The notes under the pieces: model-generated
Databases searched by the model: none
Seen by the model: only the letters and a program-made list of their open reading frames with translations
Told to the model about the DNA's origin: nothing
Translations under genes and position numbers: made by a program
NCBI GenBank assembly: GCA_030141605.1
Contig: JAQGDQ010000123.1
Location: 1-64,000, forward strand
Reading direction: 5' to 3'
Length of the DNA stretch: 64,000 nucleotides
DNA from: Tubiluchus corallicola
Taxonomy: Eukaryota; Animalia; Priapulida
In this document: one piece after another, positions 37,601 through 49,294 of the stretch
Position numbering within the stretch: position 1 is the stretch's first letter
Layout of the letters: every line of letters begins with the position of its first letter

Positions 37601-39906
37601 CACATTTAGTAACATAACACAATGTTACATGTGCAGATCAGCAAGATTCAATGTGAAGTTTGCTGTGATTGGTAAATGTAATTAGATTTTTCTTAGGGAC
37701 TTATTCATCAGTTTGACATGCTTGTGGTTTAGCTGTAGGTTTTTTAGCCTTCAGTTTTAAAGTTCTTCAAACTTCTTTTTGCCGTTGAATTTCTGCTGGA
37801 TTTCAGCTTACCATGTGCTTATAAAAGATTAGGCCTATTAACTAACTGCCAGTTTGCTGGTTATTTCCCTAATATAGTGATGAAACTAAGTTTCAATGCA
37901 AAGTGCCAAGCAAAATCAATGATGACAAATTAAAAAAATGTACCTGTGTGAGTCGTCTTTGTCCACACTGCTTTGTCGAGAGGACACACTAAACCGTGAA
38001 GTATCGTCAAAACTGAACACACTCCCATCACTCAAAGACGGAGTTGCAGGAGTCACAACTGGTGACAGAGATGTGTAGCTCGGAGTCAGAGGCGAGAGCG
38101 TTTGATTAGGTGGTTCCGTTGGAGCAGCATCGATCACCAACAATGGTGGTTTACTTCCTTTCCTTTTCGGTACCTCTTCCACTGTCTCATCATCCTGCAT
38201 TTCAGACTTTGCCTTCTTCAGTTGCACTTCATCCATGCTGGCACCCAAAGCCTTGCCGGGCTTCTGAGGTGGTGCTCTTAGTGCCAGACGAAAGCTGACT
38301 TCACTAAGACTAGCACTGAGCTTGTCCAAAATGTTTTGTTTAGGGTGAGAAACAGCAACACTTCCAGGCTGCTCATTCGAGTTCTGATGTGCCTCCAACG
38401 TTGCCCTATAATGAGACAAATAAAGAACAGTATTTCTACCCTAATGTCTCAAAGGTTACCTAGAATGCCACTCAATGCCTTATGAAAAAACACAACCAAA
38501 AGTTTGGTAAACATACATACAGTTGCAAAAAATATTGTTTAAGTAGTGATTGGGCGATTTTGAAATTTTATAATTCTATAATAATCTTGTTCTTGCAAGT
38601 TGATACTATGATGAATTTTTATGGGATGATTTTTTAGTGTTTCGCCTTCAAGGCTTTTCTCACTATCTGACATTTTCGTACCCGCAAATGATTTTTATAG
38701 ATACACACCAATTTTTCACACAACTACTCTATGAACTACGTCACTACATGCATCACGTGCCAACGTGAATAAATTTGAAACCCCTAGTTTATTATGATGT
38801 GGTTCATAGATGTGCAGTTATTGTGCACATTGTATATGCGAGAAAATTGAAGAAAGAACACAAAACTTCTGTTTATTTGTTCTAAGACACTGTATTTTAG
38901 TCAGCGAATGATCAGTATAGTTTGCTGTCGATTAACTGATTAACTGTTCAATGCCGATTATATCGATTTATATATGGTTGTAAATTCAGTTAATTCAATT
39001 CAATTATTGTAATTATTAATTCAATTAATCGATTAATTGCCCATCACTACATCTAGTACAATTTAAGTTTACCTTAATTTATTGACATCCTTTTCGATCT
39101 TACTCCTTCCTCTACTCTGCTTTCGCTTTGACGGAACCCTGACTGATAAGCAAAAGTGTTGCGTTGAGTCCCATAATTCACCGTTTAGAAACTCTGGTAT
39201 ATCATTAACCTATAAAACACATCAGTATTACAACTTTTTCAAAATGGTTATTACAAGAAGCCCAACACCAATAGTAGCCTGCAATCAGGGCCAGATTATG
39301 ACCTTTTGGGACCCCTAAGCTAAAGAAATAATGAGGTCCCTCAAATGGAGCGAAAATGACTTACCTCAAACAAAAGGCTTTAAACAAGGGCCCCTTATTT
39401 TAAGTCAAGGGCCTCAAACAGCTGCCTTTTATTTTATTTTAAGTTAAGTGAATTATTCAAGTGTGCACAATATATTACGTATTTTCCAAAAAAATATTTG
39501 AAAATCTTTTTAGCAAGGCCCTTCAGCTTGAAAGTGACAGTCATGTCATATCTACAACCCATATGAACAAGAGGAATTGCTGAAGCAACTGTTTTCAGGA
39601 CAGAAGTCCATGGGCTTCTGTTAGTTTTAATTAATATTAAATTAGTAAACCGAAACTCACCAGCGTTATGTCAACAATATTTTTCAAATTAGCAGCTTCG
39701 TAAATTGTTTTCGGCGGGTTCTCTGTCACGTAAAGTTTATTCGCAGTCAAGACTGCAAATTTAATAGCCTTTTTCTCTTTTTCTGAAGATATAATACAAG
39801 ATTCTAGTACTCCAATTTGTTCATATTCCTCTGGAGGCAAATATCGTTTTAAGAAACTGTCCAGTTTACTGCGCTTTCTACTTGATACTTCGGCAGACTG
39901 AGCCAT
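19532..39906 (-). CDS. C12orf56: C12orf56 homolog (DUF4551), complete, 11 exons, 633 aa
   Basis: Exons (5'->3') 39906-39661, 39209-39073, 38405-37944, 33589-33436, 32186-32128, 31870-31729, 26736-26570, 23866-23779, 21577-21422, 20880-20699, 19640-19532. All GT-AG, phases consistent, 1902 nt. Motifs KLDSFLKRYLP, LYVTENPPK, DIPEFL, ELHLYIL, ELKVAAERNFLVKKQFW and EFKYY match human C12orf56 as recalled. Confidence 0.92.
19729..20136. mobile_element. hAT-type MITE (family E)
   Basis: TIR TAGGGGTGAGCA/TGCTCACCCCTA, perfect 8-bp TSD acaataat. Confidence 0.88.
20699..20880 (-). CDS. C12orf56: C12orf56 exon 10 (KAFLKSVL...SPDEAVLLLY...YSVEF)
   Basis: ttgcag/gtatg, phase 0-2. Confidence 0.91.
21422..21577 (-). 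CDS. C12orf56: C12orf56 exon 9 (VSVLQRELISAAIGLLYEL...ISWFVSFIAQQENV)
   Basis: ttgcag/gtgagt, phase 0-0. Confidence 0.91.
22665..23420 (-). mobile_element. Degraded LINE (L2/CR1 group) 3' fragment
   Basis: Minus-strand peptide PSMWNKTPANIKSISFLPRFKKSLK plus an AT-rich 3' UTR ending aataaaataaaa. Confidence 0.55.
23779..23866 (-). CDS. C12orf56: C12orf56 exon 8 (KGAKIMSLIKAVCHIH...DTQE)
   Basis: ttgcag/gtaatt, phase 2-0. Confidence 0.85.
24936..25678. repeat. 41-bp minisatellite, about 18 copies, two variant types
   Basis: ctgtgcaat(a/g)ggattttgaatatgttacataatgaaagac(a/c), period 41. Confidence 0.95.
26102..26345. repeat. 30-bp minisatellite, 8 copies
   Basis: aattttagcaacagttacatggctcgaagt. 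Confidence 0.95.
26570..26736 (-). CDS. C12orf56: C12orf56 exon 7 (SRELIDFIIDLLHQ...RMSYLCDN)
   Basis: tttcag/gtaag, phase 0-2. Confidence 0.9.
27153..27690 (+). mobile_element. TTAA|AG-starting DNA element (family B)
   Basis: Homologous to about 30541-31000 (inverted), 36280-36470 and 49760-49930 (inverted). Confidence 0.6.
27697..28232. repeat. Compound hexanucleotide microsatellite (TAATAG)n-(TAACAG)n-(TAAAAG)n-(TGATGG)n
   Basis: Direct reading. Confidence 0.97.
30120..30385 (+). mobile_element. Non-LTR retroelement 3' tail
   Basis: Ends aataaataa(attgaa)3; similar tail at 24749-24770. 5' boundary approximate. Confidence 0.4.
31001..31560 (-). mobile_element. 5' fragment of a CR1/L2-group LINE with a PHD finger
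   Basis: ORF 31001..31405: CSHC..IYCDCCQPWLHLKC...WFCHMC..IFPFNNI, the PHD+PF signature of such LINEs; intronless and truncated. Confidence 0.7.
31729..31870 (-). CDS. C12orf56: C12orf56 exon 6 (SEHLAKQFSQ...ELKVAAERNFLVKKQFWR)
   Basis: tgacag/gtaag, phase 2-0. Confidence 0.93.
32128..32186 (-). CDS. C12orf56: C12orf56 exon 5 (RSTLAMADSSTAIQHNIAN)
   Basis: tttcag/gtaag, phase 0-2. Confidence 0.85.
33436..33589 (-). CDS. C12orf56: C12orf56 exon 4 (...LAELHLYILDKSSPFLIILRSTWNSCNI)
   Basis: ctgtag/gtaagt, phase 2-0. Confidence 0.91.
35319..35730. repeat. About 140-bp tandem repeat, 3 copies
   Basis: Units start gtaccacacaaaagtgtttac at 35319, 35458 and 35599. Confidence 0.9.
37277..37426 (+). 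mobile_element. 150-bp internal-deletion derivative of family A
   Basis: Both termini (aggaagac.../...ccggtttcact) and both TTAA sites retained. Confidence 0.7.
37944..38405 (-). CDS. C12orf56: C12orf56 exon 3, Ser/Pro-rich disordered linker
   Basis: Open 462 nt (ORF 37916..38419), tatag/gtac, phase 2-2. Confidence 0.88.
38544..39049. mobile_element. MITE with TAGTGAT(T)GGGC TIRs
   Basis: tagtgattgggcgatt / aattgcccatcacta; no clear TSD. Confidence 0.55.
39073..39209 (-). CDS. C12orf56: C12orf56 exon 2 (VNDIPEFLNGELWDSTQHF...)
   Basis: ttatag/gtaaac, phase 0-2. Confidence 0.9.
39661..39906 (-). CDS. C12orf56: C12orf56 exon 1 (MAQSAEVSSRKRSKLDSFLKRYLP...ENPPK...DITL)
   Basis: ATG at 39906, donor gtgagt, 82 codons. 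Confidence 0.93.
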
Positions 39907-40085
39907 ACATTGACACACTGTGTGCTATTCCTCAAACATTTCATATAACGAAAGGCGCCAAAGAAAAGTAATCAGAGCGACATAATAAATTACACAACTG
40001 CGATTATTCCAGTATAAGCTACATCACATTCACGCGGCCAGCGCAACACATGTATTCAAGCAAAAACTTCAACGATTACTCTTCG

Positions 40086-40098
40086 GTTGCCTAGCACG
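40086..40098. promoter_or_regulatory. X-box (RFX)-like motif about 180 bp upstream of the C12orf56 ATG
   Basis: GTTGCCTAGCACG versus the X-box GTTGCCTAGCAAC (first 11 nt identical), in a CpG-containing promoter-like stretch. Confidence 0.5.
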
Positions 40099-42000
40099 CT
40101 TCCTCAGCTGCAGTTGGTGTCATAAAGAATCGTAACGCCGGAAAAACGGGCATGTAAGAATGTGATTGTAAAAAGTTGACCCAGGCTCCAAAACAGTTGG
40201 CAAAAAGAAGTAATTGTAAACTACACGTCTTTAGTTACCAAAACTGTAATAATGTTCTATAAATGTACGTCACAGCAACCCGACAATGGCAAAATTTTGC
40301 TTCCACTTTGTAACTTTAAAACGTGATTATGAGCAGACAGCTACCACAACAGCTTCGCGACTGACATGCAGCTCCATCTGTTGTCAAAAAAATAATTTAA
40401 GCAAGGTATTTATATCAAAATTTATATTCTGAATAATTCCATCAGAACTTTTCGTTATAAACTTGTTAAATTAACTACAGTGTCTTTAGATACAATATTC
40501 TTGTACTTAATACTGATCGTGCGGCAAAATGTTTAGCACATTCCTAGTTTCAAGACTATCTGTTAATATAACATTTACAGCAACTCAAAAAAGTCACGAG
40601 ATATATAGTACTGTGATACTTTATTTTAGAAAATGGAAAAAAGTTGATCTAAAAAACAGCAACAAGTACCATACATTTACATCAGAGGAATCAATAATTC
40701 CTACACCACTTAGAAAAGTAGAAACTTAACTTAGCAAGGAAAAAGTAATTTATGAGATAAGTACTCGTAGTTCAATAATACAAACTTCTACTAGTCCAAT
40801 AATTACTTTGGTAATTTGATATTACAAATAGTATAGTAAATGGTTATGCAAAGGCACGAGTTGATATCCCTTTAAATATCACACTTGTCTACAAATTTCA
40901 TAATAAAGCTAATAACGTTTTTTCAATTAAATGTTTAGACTACTAGGTAAAAATAAAAAACAATTACATTGTACATAATGACTTTCAGGAGCTAAAAGAC
41001 TTATTTTTAGAAACTCATCAAGACTGAAACACCTGCTTTCAGTGGCGGCTGGTGTACAGGCAGCACCACCTATTTTCGCTCCATATTATCGATAATATTC
41101 AATATAATAAGTCTTTTTCTTTAATTCTTCCTTTATACTTGTACGGAATCTAGCAATGCAGTGTTCGGCTGTTGTGCACATGCGGCTATGTGCACATGTC
41201 TGAGCTCAGGTAGAGAAAGTACTGTCACTCACACAGTCGGTTGTCAGTTGTCGAATGGATCAAGATTGAACTGCGGTAATTTAGGCTATTAGTAAGCAAA
41301 AAATATTTTATAAACAAATTAGGCAAACAACACATTCATAAATGATGAGAGAACTCGATGATACAATTAATAAGCGTTTACAGATTTTACACAACTTAAA
41401 AATAACTGGCAACTCATATAAGAAACATAACTATATAGGTAATAATTGCTAAAAATAACTACAGTAAAACAAAAGCTGATAACACTGTGAACTGTAGGCT
41501 AGATAATTGGGTAAGGACAAATTTAAGCAACGCTAACTCTTATCTGTAGACCTGCAGTCAGATGAATAAAAGAGACAGAGGCAGGTCAACATAACACACT
41601 TCAATCAGATATATTGTTTAGAAGTAGTGGCCCAGACGCCATTATCAGGTAAAATAATGCATGTGTTGCCAGCATTTGGTTGAACTTTGGAACTAAAATT
41701 TTTCTGTTCCTTAAATAACAACTGACTTGCATGAATCTGACAATATTAAAAAAAGTATTTAACCATTAAATTTAGCTAGTGTCACACGTCGTTATGAAAA
41801 CAAAATTATAAGTGAGAAATTATTATAATTATTAATCAAGAAAGACCAGAGCGACATTCAGACTAAAGACTTAATTAAACAAAACAAATAAATCCATTAT
41901 TAAAAAGTAGGTTAAATAAATTATTGTGCATTATAAAACTTGCAGAAAAAACAAAATACAGAGATTACGACAAATTTGTGCTAGCGTGCAGGACGTCCTG

Positions 42001-42129
42001 TCAGCTTGGTTCACTAACGTTTCTCTTCTTCATTTCCTCTGTCAAAAAAGAGGTCAACGCTCTAGTATGTTCCGGAGACAAACCGCAAGAATTACCAACT
42101 TTCCGGGACACGATGCTGGGATCGTCTTC
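42001..42129 (-). CDS. C2orf68: C2orf68 last exon (EDDPSIVSRKVG...EEMKKRNVSEPS*)
   Basis: ttttcag acceptor, TGA at 42003-42001. Confidence 0.92.
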   Translation of the reverse strand, partial: EDDPSIVSRKVGNSCGLSPEHTRALTSFLTEEMKKRNVSEPS

Positions 42130-45100
42130 CTGAAAATGAAACACACCGGTTAGCTTCACAACTATCAACTTTTTGTGTTTACGTCTCACTTTTGAGCAGT
42201 TTCTCGCTAAATACAGGAAAGTAGACAATGCAATGACCAGTAGAATAGCTAAGAGGGTGAAGGACAGGCGGTTCGCCTCAGGGGCCATTTTCCAGAGGGC
42301 GGCTTTTTGATCAAGTGCACTGAAAAAGTTGACTCTGCAGAAACAGTAAAAATACAATAGAGAAGAAATTTATTTTTTCCTTGGATGCATAAAAAGACGA
42401 AAGTTATTTTATAATAACATATACAAACTTATTTCCATAATGGTCCAAGTGTTAGTAAAAGTGAAATAACAAAAATAAACTGCACAAAAATGATTAAAAA
42501 TGCTGCAGATTATACGTTAAAATAAGATTATGTATGACTAAAAATGTAAGTCAAAACTTAAACGTAGTGCAAATGTGTTACAAAACTTATATAGTGCCAA
42601 TATGGCAGACAAATGTCGTTGTCTAATCTTCGCATAACTGACTGTAACAGTTTTAGGCATAGTGATGTATACTTTGTCTCTACAAATTTGTCTGATTAGC
42701 GCATGCATTGTTGTAGATGTTACGGTGTTTAAACTTTCATTGGTTGAAAAATCGTTCAAGTTTGCAGATCAGCTGTTCGATGAAGGTACATGACTTTCCT
42801 AACATTAATTTATCAAACATTTAAATGTTTTTCGATTTGTTTGTGTACGAAAATTTCACTACCGTATGTGTCTTCAGTTTACTGTGAAGTAATCGCATTC
42901 TTTCCTGCGCTAACATTTGAATTATGCAGGGATAATTTACTTCTTCACAGACAATTTTTTCCAGTAACACTTTTTTGTCATTTTATCAACTTATCTACAT
43001 AATTAACTTATCATAACTGCAACGCAACTGCCACCCTGGTGCCCCGAGTTCTAGGTATGCCACTAGGTATGACATAATTAACAGCATTATTTGTGTACAC
43101 TTAGAAAGTAAATGACACACTATATCAGAATTGTTTGATGTTTGGATAAAAATGTGCCATGAAGATTAATACTTAACTACTCACCTTATAAACTACTGTT
43201 TCATAAATTCCTCCATCTTTGTTTTCAAACTGTAATTTAAATAACTTTTTCTTCTGAGTGCCTAAATAAATAAATGGTAATAAGAGGAAACTGCCTTATT
43301 ATTGTGGGTACACCCTAGCAGTGAATCTTGAATTCTTATTAATGCCGAATCTGCATGCTTTATAAAGATATTGCATTTTGCAAACAAACATTTTAAAAAT
43401 AAGGTGAGTAAATAACTAAGTGGTCACAGTACACTCATACCATGGTTTGCCGGATCTCGCTTTTGCGAATACTGGAATAAACAGAGAAAACTTGGAAAGT
43501 AAAATAGACCTGCATACCTACCGACACAGTCCGTGGTTTAGCAAACTGACAGCTAGATGGTGGGCCGTCAGTTTGTTTAAATCATTACATTACTGTAACC
43601 ACGTGTATGTTTCTATGTATAAAAATAGAGAGTCGATTATGCAAAGTTATTTGAGTCAACTGCCGACAGTTTTCGTATACTTTTGCATGAGAGCAGCCCG
43701 TACTAGATATTTTTGAGACAACTAAGCAATTGATTCTACAATACCATAAGTCTAATGCACGGCGCCTACTGTAACAGCTTAGTACTGGTAAAAACTGATA
43801 ATCGGCAAATTTGGACCGACAGCTTCCCAGTTTTGTCCAGCGAAATATGAGTGTATATGCCAAACTATGAAGTTATGCAGCATGATACTTGATTAGTAAA
43901 ATCAATGTAAAACCAACTATATATCCTACCTTAACCATAAACAGCAGTAGTGCTGCATTAAGCATTAACTTTGACAAAAAATATAGACTTTTATCATTTG
44001 TTTAAAGTTTGTAAGTTTACAATTATAGAAGTGAACAACAAATTTACTTCACTGTACATTTTTTACATATCAAATTTTAAAATAAGCTGCAGATTTCCTG
44101 CAATGATTTTCATTAATTCCAAGAACATGATTGGCATAATTTTTTAGGTAAGCATAATCAAAAGCATATTAAGTTTTATCGGAAAACTAAAGAAAGGTAC
44201 GGTACTCATGCTCTTACAGGATTTGGCTGGCGGAGAATAAATTTGAATTTCAGGTTTCTTCGCCTTGGCACCAGTGTGAGCTCCACTCTTCGGACGCTCT
44301 TGCACCTCTTTTTCATAGTTATCTCTGCAAGTTAAAGCAGTTCGATTGTTATATACAGCGATGTTTACTGCACTTGGAAAGATTATGGAAATCGGTATCC
44401 TTAGGCAAGTATTAATAATGTTGTCAAACACTAACTACTGGCATAATGATGACAGTACCTTGTGTACACTTCAATTACTTATACCACACTTACTTATACA
44501 TCTATATATATATATATATAGTAAATTGAGCTTAATTCAATTTGCAACACAACTTCATTTTATTTTACTTATACCTTTTTATTTTAGATTGGAAACCTGC
44601 AATTGCACAGGTATATATAAATCGTCCCTTTTGTATAGTTTGCACTTTTTCATAGATACGTTTGCAGTACAATTTTGTCCAATTTTATGCCCAGAACAAA
44701 AAATTATAAACCCACTTTTAAATGTTAATAAAAAATCATTAAATTGAAACCTATGCTTGTAAATAACCATAGTCATCATCAGCCATAGTCATAGTCATCA
44801 TCAGCCATCATAGGATGGCAGCAGTCATACTCAAAAGTATTTGAAGAAAACGAATAAAATAAAAAATTCCCATAGCGAGATTACGTGCAATTAATTCATT
44901 CTGTTGGGAGCGAAGTAGGACAGTAGCCGAAGTAGGACAATTCGCGTATATGGGTTAGGCCCAGCAGGACGTATCATACATGGACTAACCCCAGTAGGAC
45001 GCATCGTACATGGATGCGTCGCCCAAATAGGACACTAGAGACAGGTCACGAATTGAGTCGTTAACTGTACTAGCAGTGTCAGTTGTCCTTGTTTATTTTA

Positions 45101-45993
45101 TAATAATAATTGAAAATGTCAAGACACGTTGCATAATTTATTATACATCTGATAAAATAAAAGAATCTTATTCTGAGCTGGTAGAACAGCTAATATTAAA
45201 TTTGGCTTCGATATTTATCTTTTTGAAGTGAAATAAGCCCACTTTTTAGGCGATTCCAACATTTGTTTTTTAAAATATATCATTTTCTATTCTGACTTCC
45301 TTCACAGACAAGTGATCAGTTTCTCTTGGACAAATAATTGTTTTCTACTAAGTAAACTTGTCTACTAAGTATTTTAGATATTTAGTTTAATGTTATGATA
45401 ATATTATTGTAAAAAATACATTTGTAAATTGTCAAGAACTATCTATAATTATTATATAAAGTTACTTTTTTATAAAACAAATTTAGTTTTATGTTTCATT
45501 ATGTCATAATTCTCGATTCTCGACAGAAATCGCCAGTGCCCTACTTGGGTTGCCCATGTATGACAGTTTTTCCACAAATTTAGCACATGCGCTTTAGGGA
45601 AGTGTCCTATTTCGGCTAGTGGCGTACTCCGCACCGTACATATTCAATTGTCAAAACTTGGAAAATTTTCCCCAGTTTGCATGGTTGAATTTTCCTCTTT
45701 GCTTTTACTAGTTTTGTTAGAGTAAAGAAAAAAATTGATGAAAAACTAAGTTGCCATTACTAATTGTCAAAAGTTTGCACCAGCAATGGCAGCATGTAAA
45801 TGTCTGGCTAATTGGAATCAAGTAATGTGAAAAACCAATTCAGTGGTGGCTGCACAGTAAAGCTAAGAGACATAAAAAGATAAGACTATTAAAAAAGAAT
45901 AGTGAGTTAATCTAACCTGTCAAGTTGATTTTTTATAATGGATTGCATGAAACCATGATCAAAATCAAGTTTGGTTTTTCGTCCTTCAGCCAT
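42001..45993 (-). CDS. C2orf68: UPF0561 protein C2orf68 homolog, complete, 4 exons, 129 aa
   Basis: Exons 45993-45917, 44324-44218, 43261-43185, 42129-42001; GT-AG, phases 2/1/0, 390 nt. Motifs KLDFDHGF..I..NQLDRDNYEK, KPEIQIY, LFKLQFE..DG....VVY.EDDP and ALxxxLxEEMxKR follow human C2orf68 as recalled. Confidence 0.92.
42190..42334 (-). CDS. Candidate alternative C2orf68 exon encoding a transmembrane helix (MAPEANRLSFTLLAILLVIALSTFLYLARNCSK)
   Basis: tttctgcag acceptor, AAA|gtgaga donor, in frame with the last exon across a 60-nt intron; Kozak-like AAAATGG at 42288. Confidence 0.5.
43185..43261 (-). CDS. C2orf68: C2orf68 exon 3 (CTQKKKLFKLQFENKDGGIYETVVYK)
   Basis: atttag/gtgagt, phase 1-0. 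Confidence 0.9.
43430..43856. mobile_element. MITE with TACACTCATA TIRs; related inverted copy at about 50515-50880
   Basis: tacactcata...tatgagtgta; internal similarity between the two copies. Confidence 0.6.
44218..44324 (-). CDS. C2orf68: C2orf68 exon 2 (RDNYEKEVQERPK...KKPEIQIYSPPAKS)
   Basis: ttgcag/gtaag, phase 2-1. Confidence 0.9.
45917..45993 (-). CDS. C2orf68: C2orf68 exon 1 (MAEGRKTKLDFDHGFMQSIIKNQLD)
   Basis: ATG at 45993, donor gttag. Confidence 0.9.
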
Positions 45994-48900
45994 ACAGCTG
46001 AACGCAGGCCATACGAAATAAATTTTCCTATCCTTCAAATTAAACAGTAGTATCCTAAGTAAGGAAGTTCATAGTATTTTATCATTTTTAGGCAAAATTT
46101 GCCTGCATATATCTGTTTGTATGTCGCAGATATAAAATATATAAAGTTATAAAAAAAGGGAAAGCAAGAGCAGAATTCTTCGTATGCTTGTGATTTATTA
46201 CCTACTTTGCCGACTGTTTCAATTTGGATTTTACTCGTTTGCAAACAACATGTTTAGTGCAAACAAGTTCTTAAATGCTCTTATCAACAAAAAAACCGTG
46301 AATGATGATTCAAGACTGAATCGGTAATACTTTAATGATAAAAAAAATATTCTTATTGTTAACCATTACGTTTCAAAAAAATAAGTACAGTACTTGGTGG
46401 AAATAGGAAGTGCAGAATCACAGTTTACATGGTGCATAACACAGCTTTCCACGAAAACCTTTGAACTCCCACAGAGTTTGTCACTAATTACCAATTGCTG
46501 GCATAGTATGATAACAATTTGATGGAAACAGTTAATGCTTGAATGTCTTGTACATTGATCCACATGTCGTAATAGCTACAGTTTAACTCAGGTCGCTCAG
46601 TAATGGCACCATCCAACTTATCTATGTTGTTTACATGGTTACAAGGCTAACTACGTTAAACTGGATATTGCAAATACTAGTAGAGTCTCTCCTACTGCTC
46701 ACTACTCCACTAGAGACATAATGGACTTCAAATGGGCTATAGTAGAAAAATATTATTAATCGCTTATGATCGCTAACGGGCCTACAAAGTTTTGCTTCTG
46801 GTAGTTCTTTTTTGGTACAATTTGCCTTACAAAGTTAAAGAGATGGTGAGCCGAACTCAGCTGCCACTGTAAGCACATGCAGCTGATACAAATGCTACAG
46901 ACTTATTTAATAACATTTATAGTCAAAATTTTATATAATGTAAACCTGTCTTTTTATAGTGGGTGAAACACAAAGAAACTCTCAGTAGTTATCCAGTGCT
47001 GTATGGTCCTATCAGTCTGCCACTAAACTTTTGAAAGAGTTTGACTGATTGATTACCTTAGCTTTTCTGCAAACTAATGTCTTCTTGAGTAATCTGTTAA
47101 TATAACCATTTATTTATTTCAAGAAGGTATAAATAATCCTTCTGATTAATCCTTCTGATTTTTAATCCTTTTGAATGCATTTGGTGTACAGCTAACTGAT
47201 TAGGAAGAGAAACTAATAATAAAAATGCTGCATAGAAAAATCAGAAACTGTATAAGCAAATTACATGATTAAATTTACCATAGACCAGAGGTGCAGCAAC
47301 CACTCCCTCACCACATTTTTCAAAATTGGCACCTTTTCAAACATTTTTTAACCCTTTAGTGCACTTGGATGATAAGTTGATTTTTTAATTGCTTTGTTTT
47401 ATTTTGAGATTTATGAGCTTACAGTAGAACTTATTGTAATTTAATCATAAATACAAACTGTCAATTATGTACTTCCTTTAACACTTATCTTCCTCGTGTT
47501 TTGATTTTAAACACACAATTAAAATATATAATCAATGTGGTAAAAATTGTTTGGTATGTGTCATGGCACCTTAATAATGTACTTGTTCCCCCTGACTTTA
47601 GAATTGGCTATGCCCCTGCCACAGACAAGCTCTCATGTATCACCTAATTAAACACATTTTATAAATTTATTTTGGCATTCAATATTTAACAATTACAATG
47701 TATACAATGTAGTTTTACATAAGTTATTATTTACAGTAAATCTGAATGACTCACAATATAAACAAGTATTTGCAAACAAGCTAAAATAAATCACTGACAA
47801 AAATCATAAATATATAACCATCTGCTACTGGTCTGTTGTGTGTGCAAAGTCTTTACATTTATAGCTTAACTAGCAAAGGCCCCGCAAAAAAAATTTGCAC
47901 CCTTATAAATACACTTATAATCAATAATACGCGAACATCCTACATAGTCCTCATCTATAATACAAAGCCAGTAGCTGCTTTTACTGAATTAAAGATATAA
48001 GGTTATAAGCAGAGTATTATAGATGATGTCAGAACAATGGCTTTGTGTCAGCAGTTTTCCAAGCAAAAAACGCCCGAAAAGGAACTTCCAATCAACTCGT
48101 CACAGCTCCTGAGGGTGGAGATGTCCTAAAATACAGCCCACACCATCGTGTAGCTAAAGAGCCATATATCTCCTGTCGAAAGTCCCACCAGTTCCACATT
48201 CCCCCATTCTCCAGAAATAAGAGGTATAAGTTTCAAAAAAAATTGCCGAAAAAGGCCATTTTTTGAGCTTTTTCGCCACCCCCCGTTCGTCCTGGTTATA
48301 TATATCACACCACCGAAATTAATATATACGATGTCCATGAAATGCTTAGATAATGTTGTTATTCAAGCTTGTTGCCACTGCTAAGATTTATCAAAACATA
48401 GCCTCTCAAATCCTTCAGGTTTTCTTGTTCTAAAAATTGCTGAACCGAGTTTCTGTGCCAGAAGCATATTTTTGAGCCTTAGAATGGCAGACGCTTAACA
48501 ATGTGCTGTTTATTAAGCTAATGAACCACCATGAGTCCCAAACTCAGCGGCCCGAATATTCGAGTTTTTGCTGTTCTCCAACTTTCCTGGAAATACGGGA
48601 AAAGATAATCAAACATATAAAAATATAGTTGTCAATATAACTTGTTTTTTTCTATTAATAAAACTCATGTCGCAAACTAGGTTTGAATAATTATAATTAT
48701 CTAATTGGACTAGAGTTATCATTGTAATGATGTTGTGGGGAGAATTCAAAACTTCATACAATTAAAAAACTATTCTGTTTTTACAGTTAAGTCAGTTTAC
48801 AGGTCTTTCATAAGCAAAGCAATCACTTTTCTTCAATTGCAGTTCTTTTACAACTGCTGTTGTTTCTTTTCAATTTTCTCCATGAATTGTATATGCAAAG

Positions 48901-49294
48901 CATTGAACATTAAGCATTACTTCAAACTTTTTGGAAAGTAAATTTTGCTTACGTCCCTGGAATTGGGGCTGAACAGTCTACATATTACCATCTGTATTAC
49001 AGCTAGTGAGCACTTAATTCAAGTCTAGCATCTGCTGAACAATACTTTCAGTGTTTACTATAACAACATAATTTTTTTTAACAAACAGGATAGAGCAAAA
49101 TTTTCTAACAAACAGGATAGAGCAAAATTTTCTAACTGCTAATGCTAAAAAACTACAAAACTACTTTAATTTTAAATCATTATTAGCAGCATACATACCG
49201 GTAATGAAGTTCAGAGCGAAAGTGATCTAGCATCGATGTTAAATATGAGCAGCTAAATTCTAATCTAAAGAGAAAAAATTCATTATAAAGCAGT

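Noticed and set aside
42538-42800. Additional coding exon of C2orf68 (ORF 42538..42759)
   Set aside because: From the plausible acceptor all frames hit stops, and the canonical protein is complete without it.
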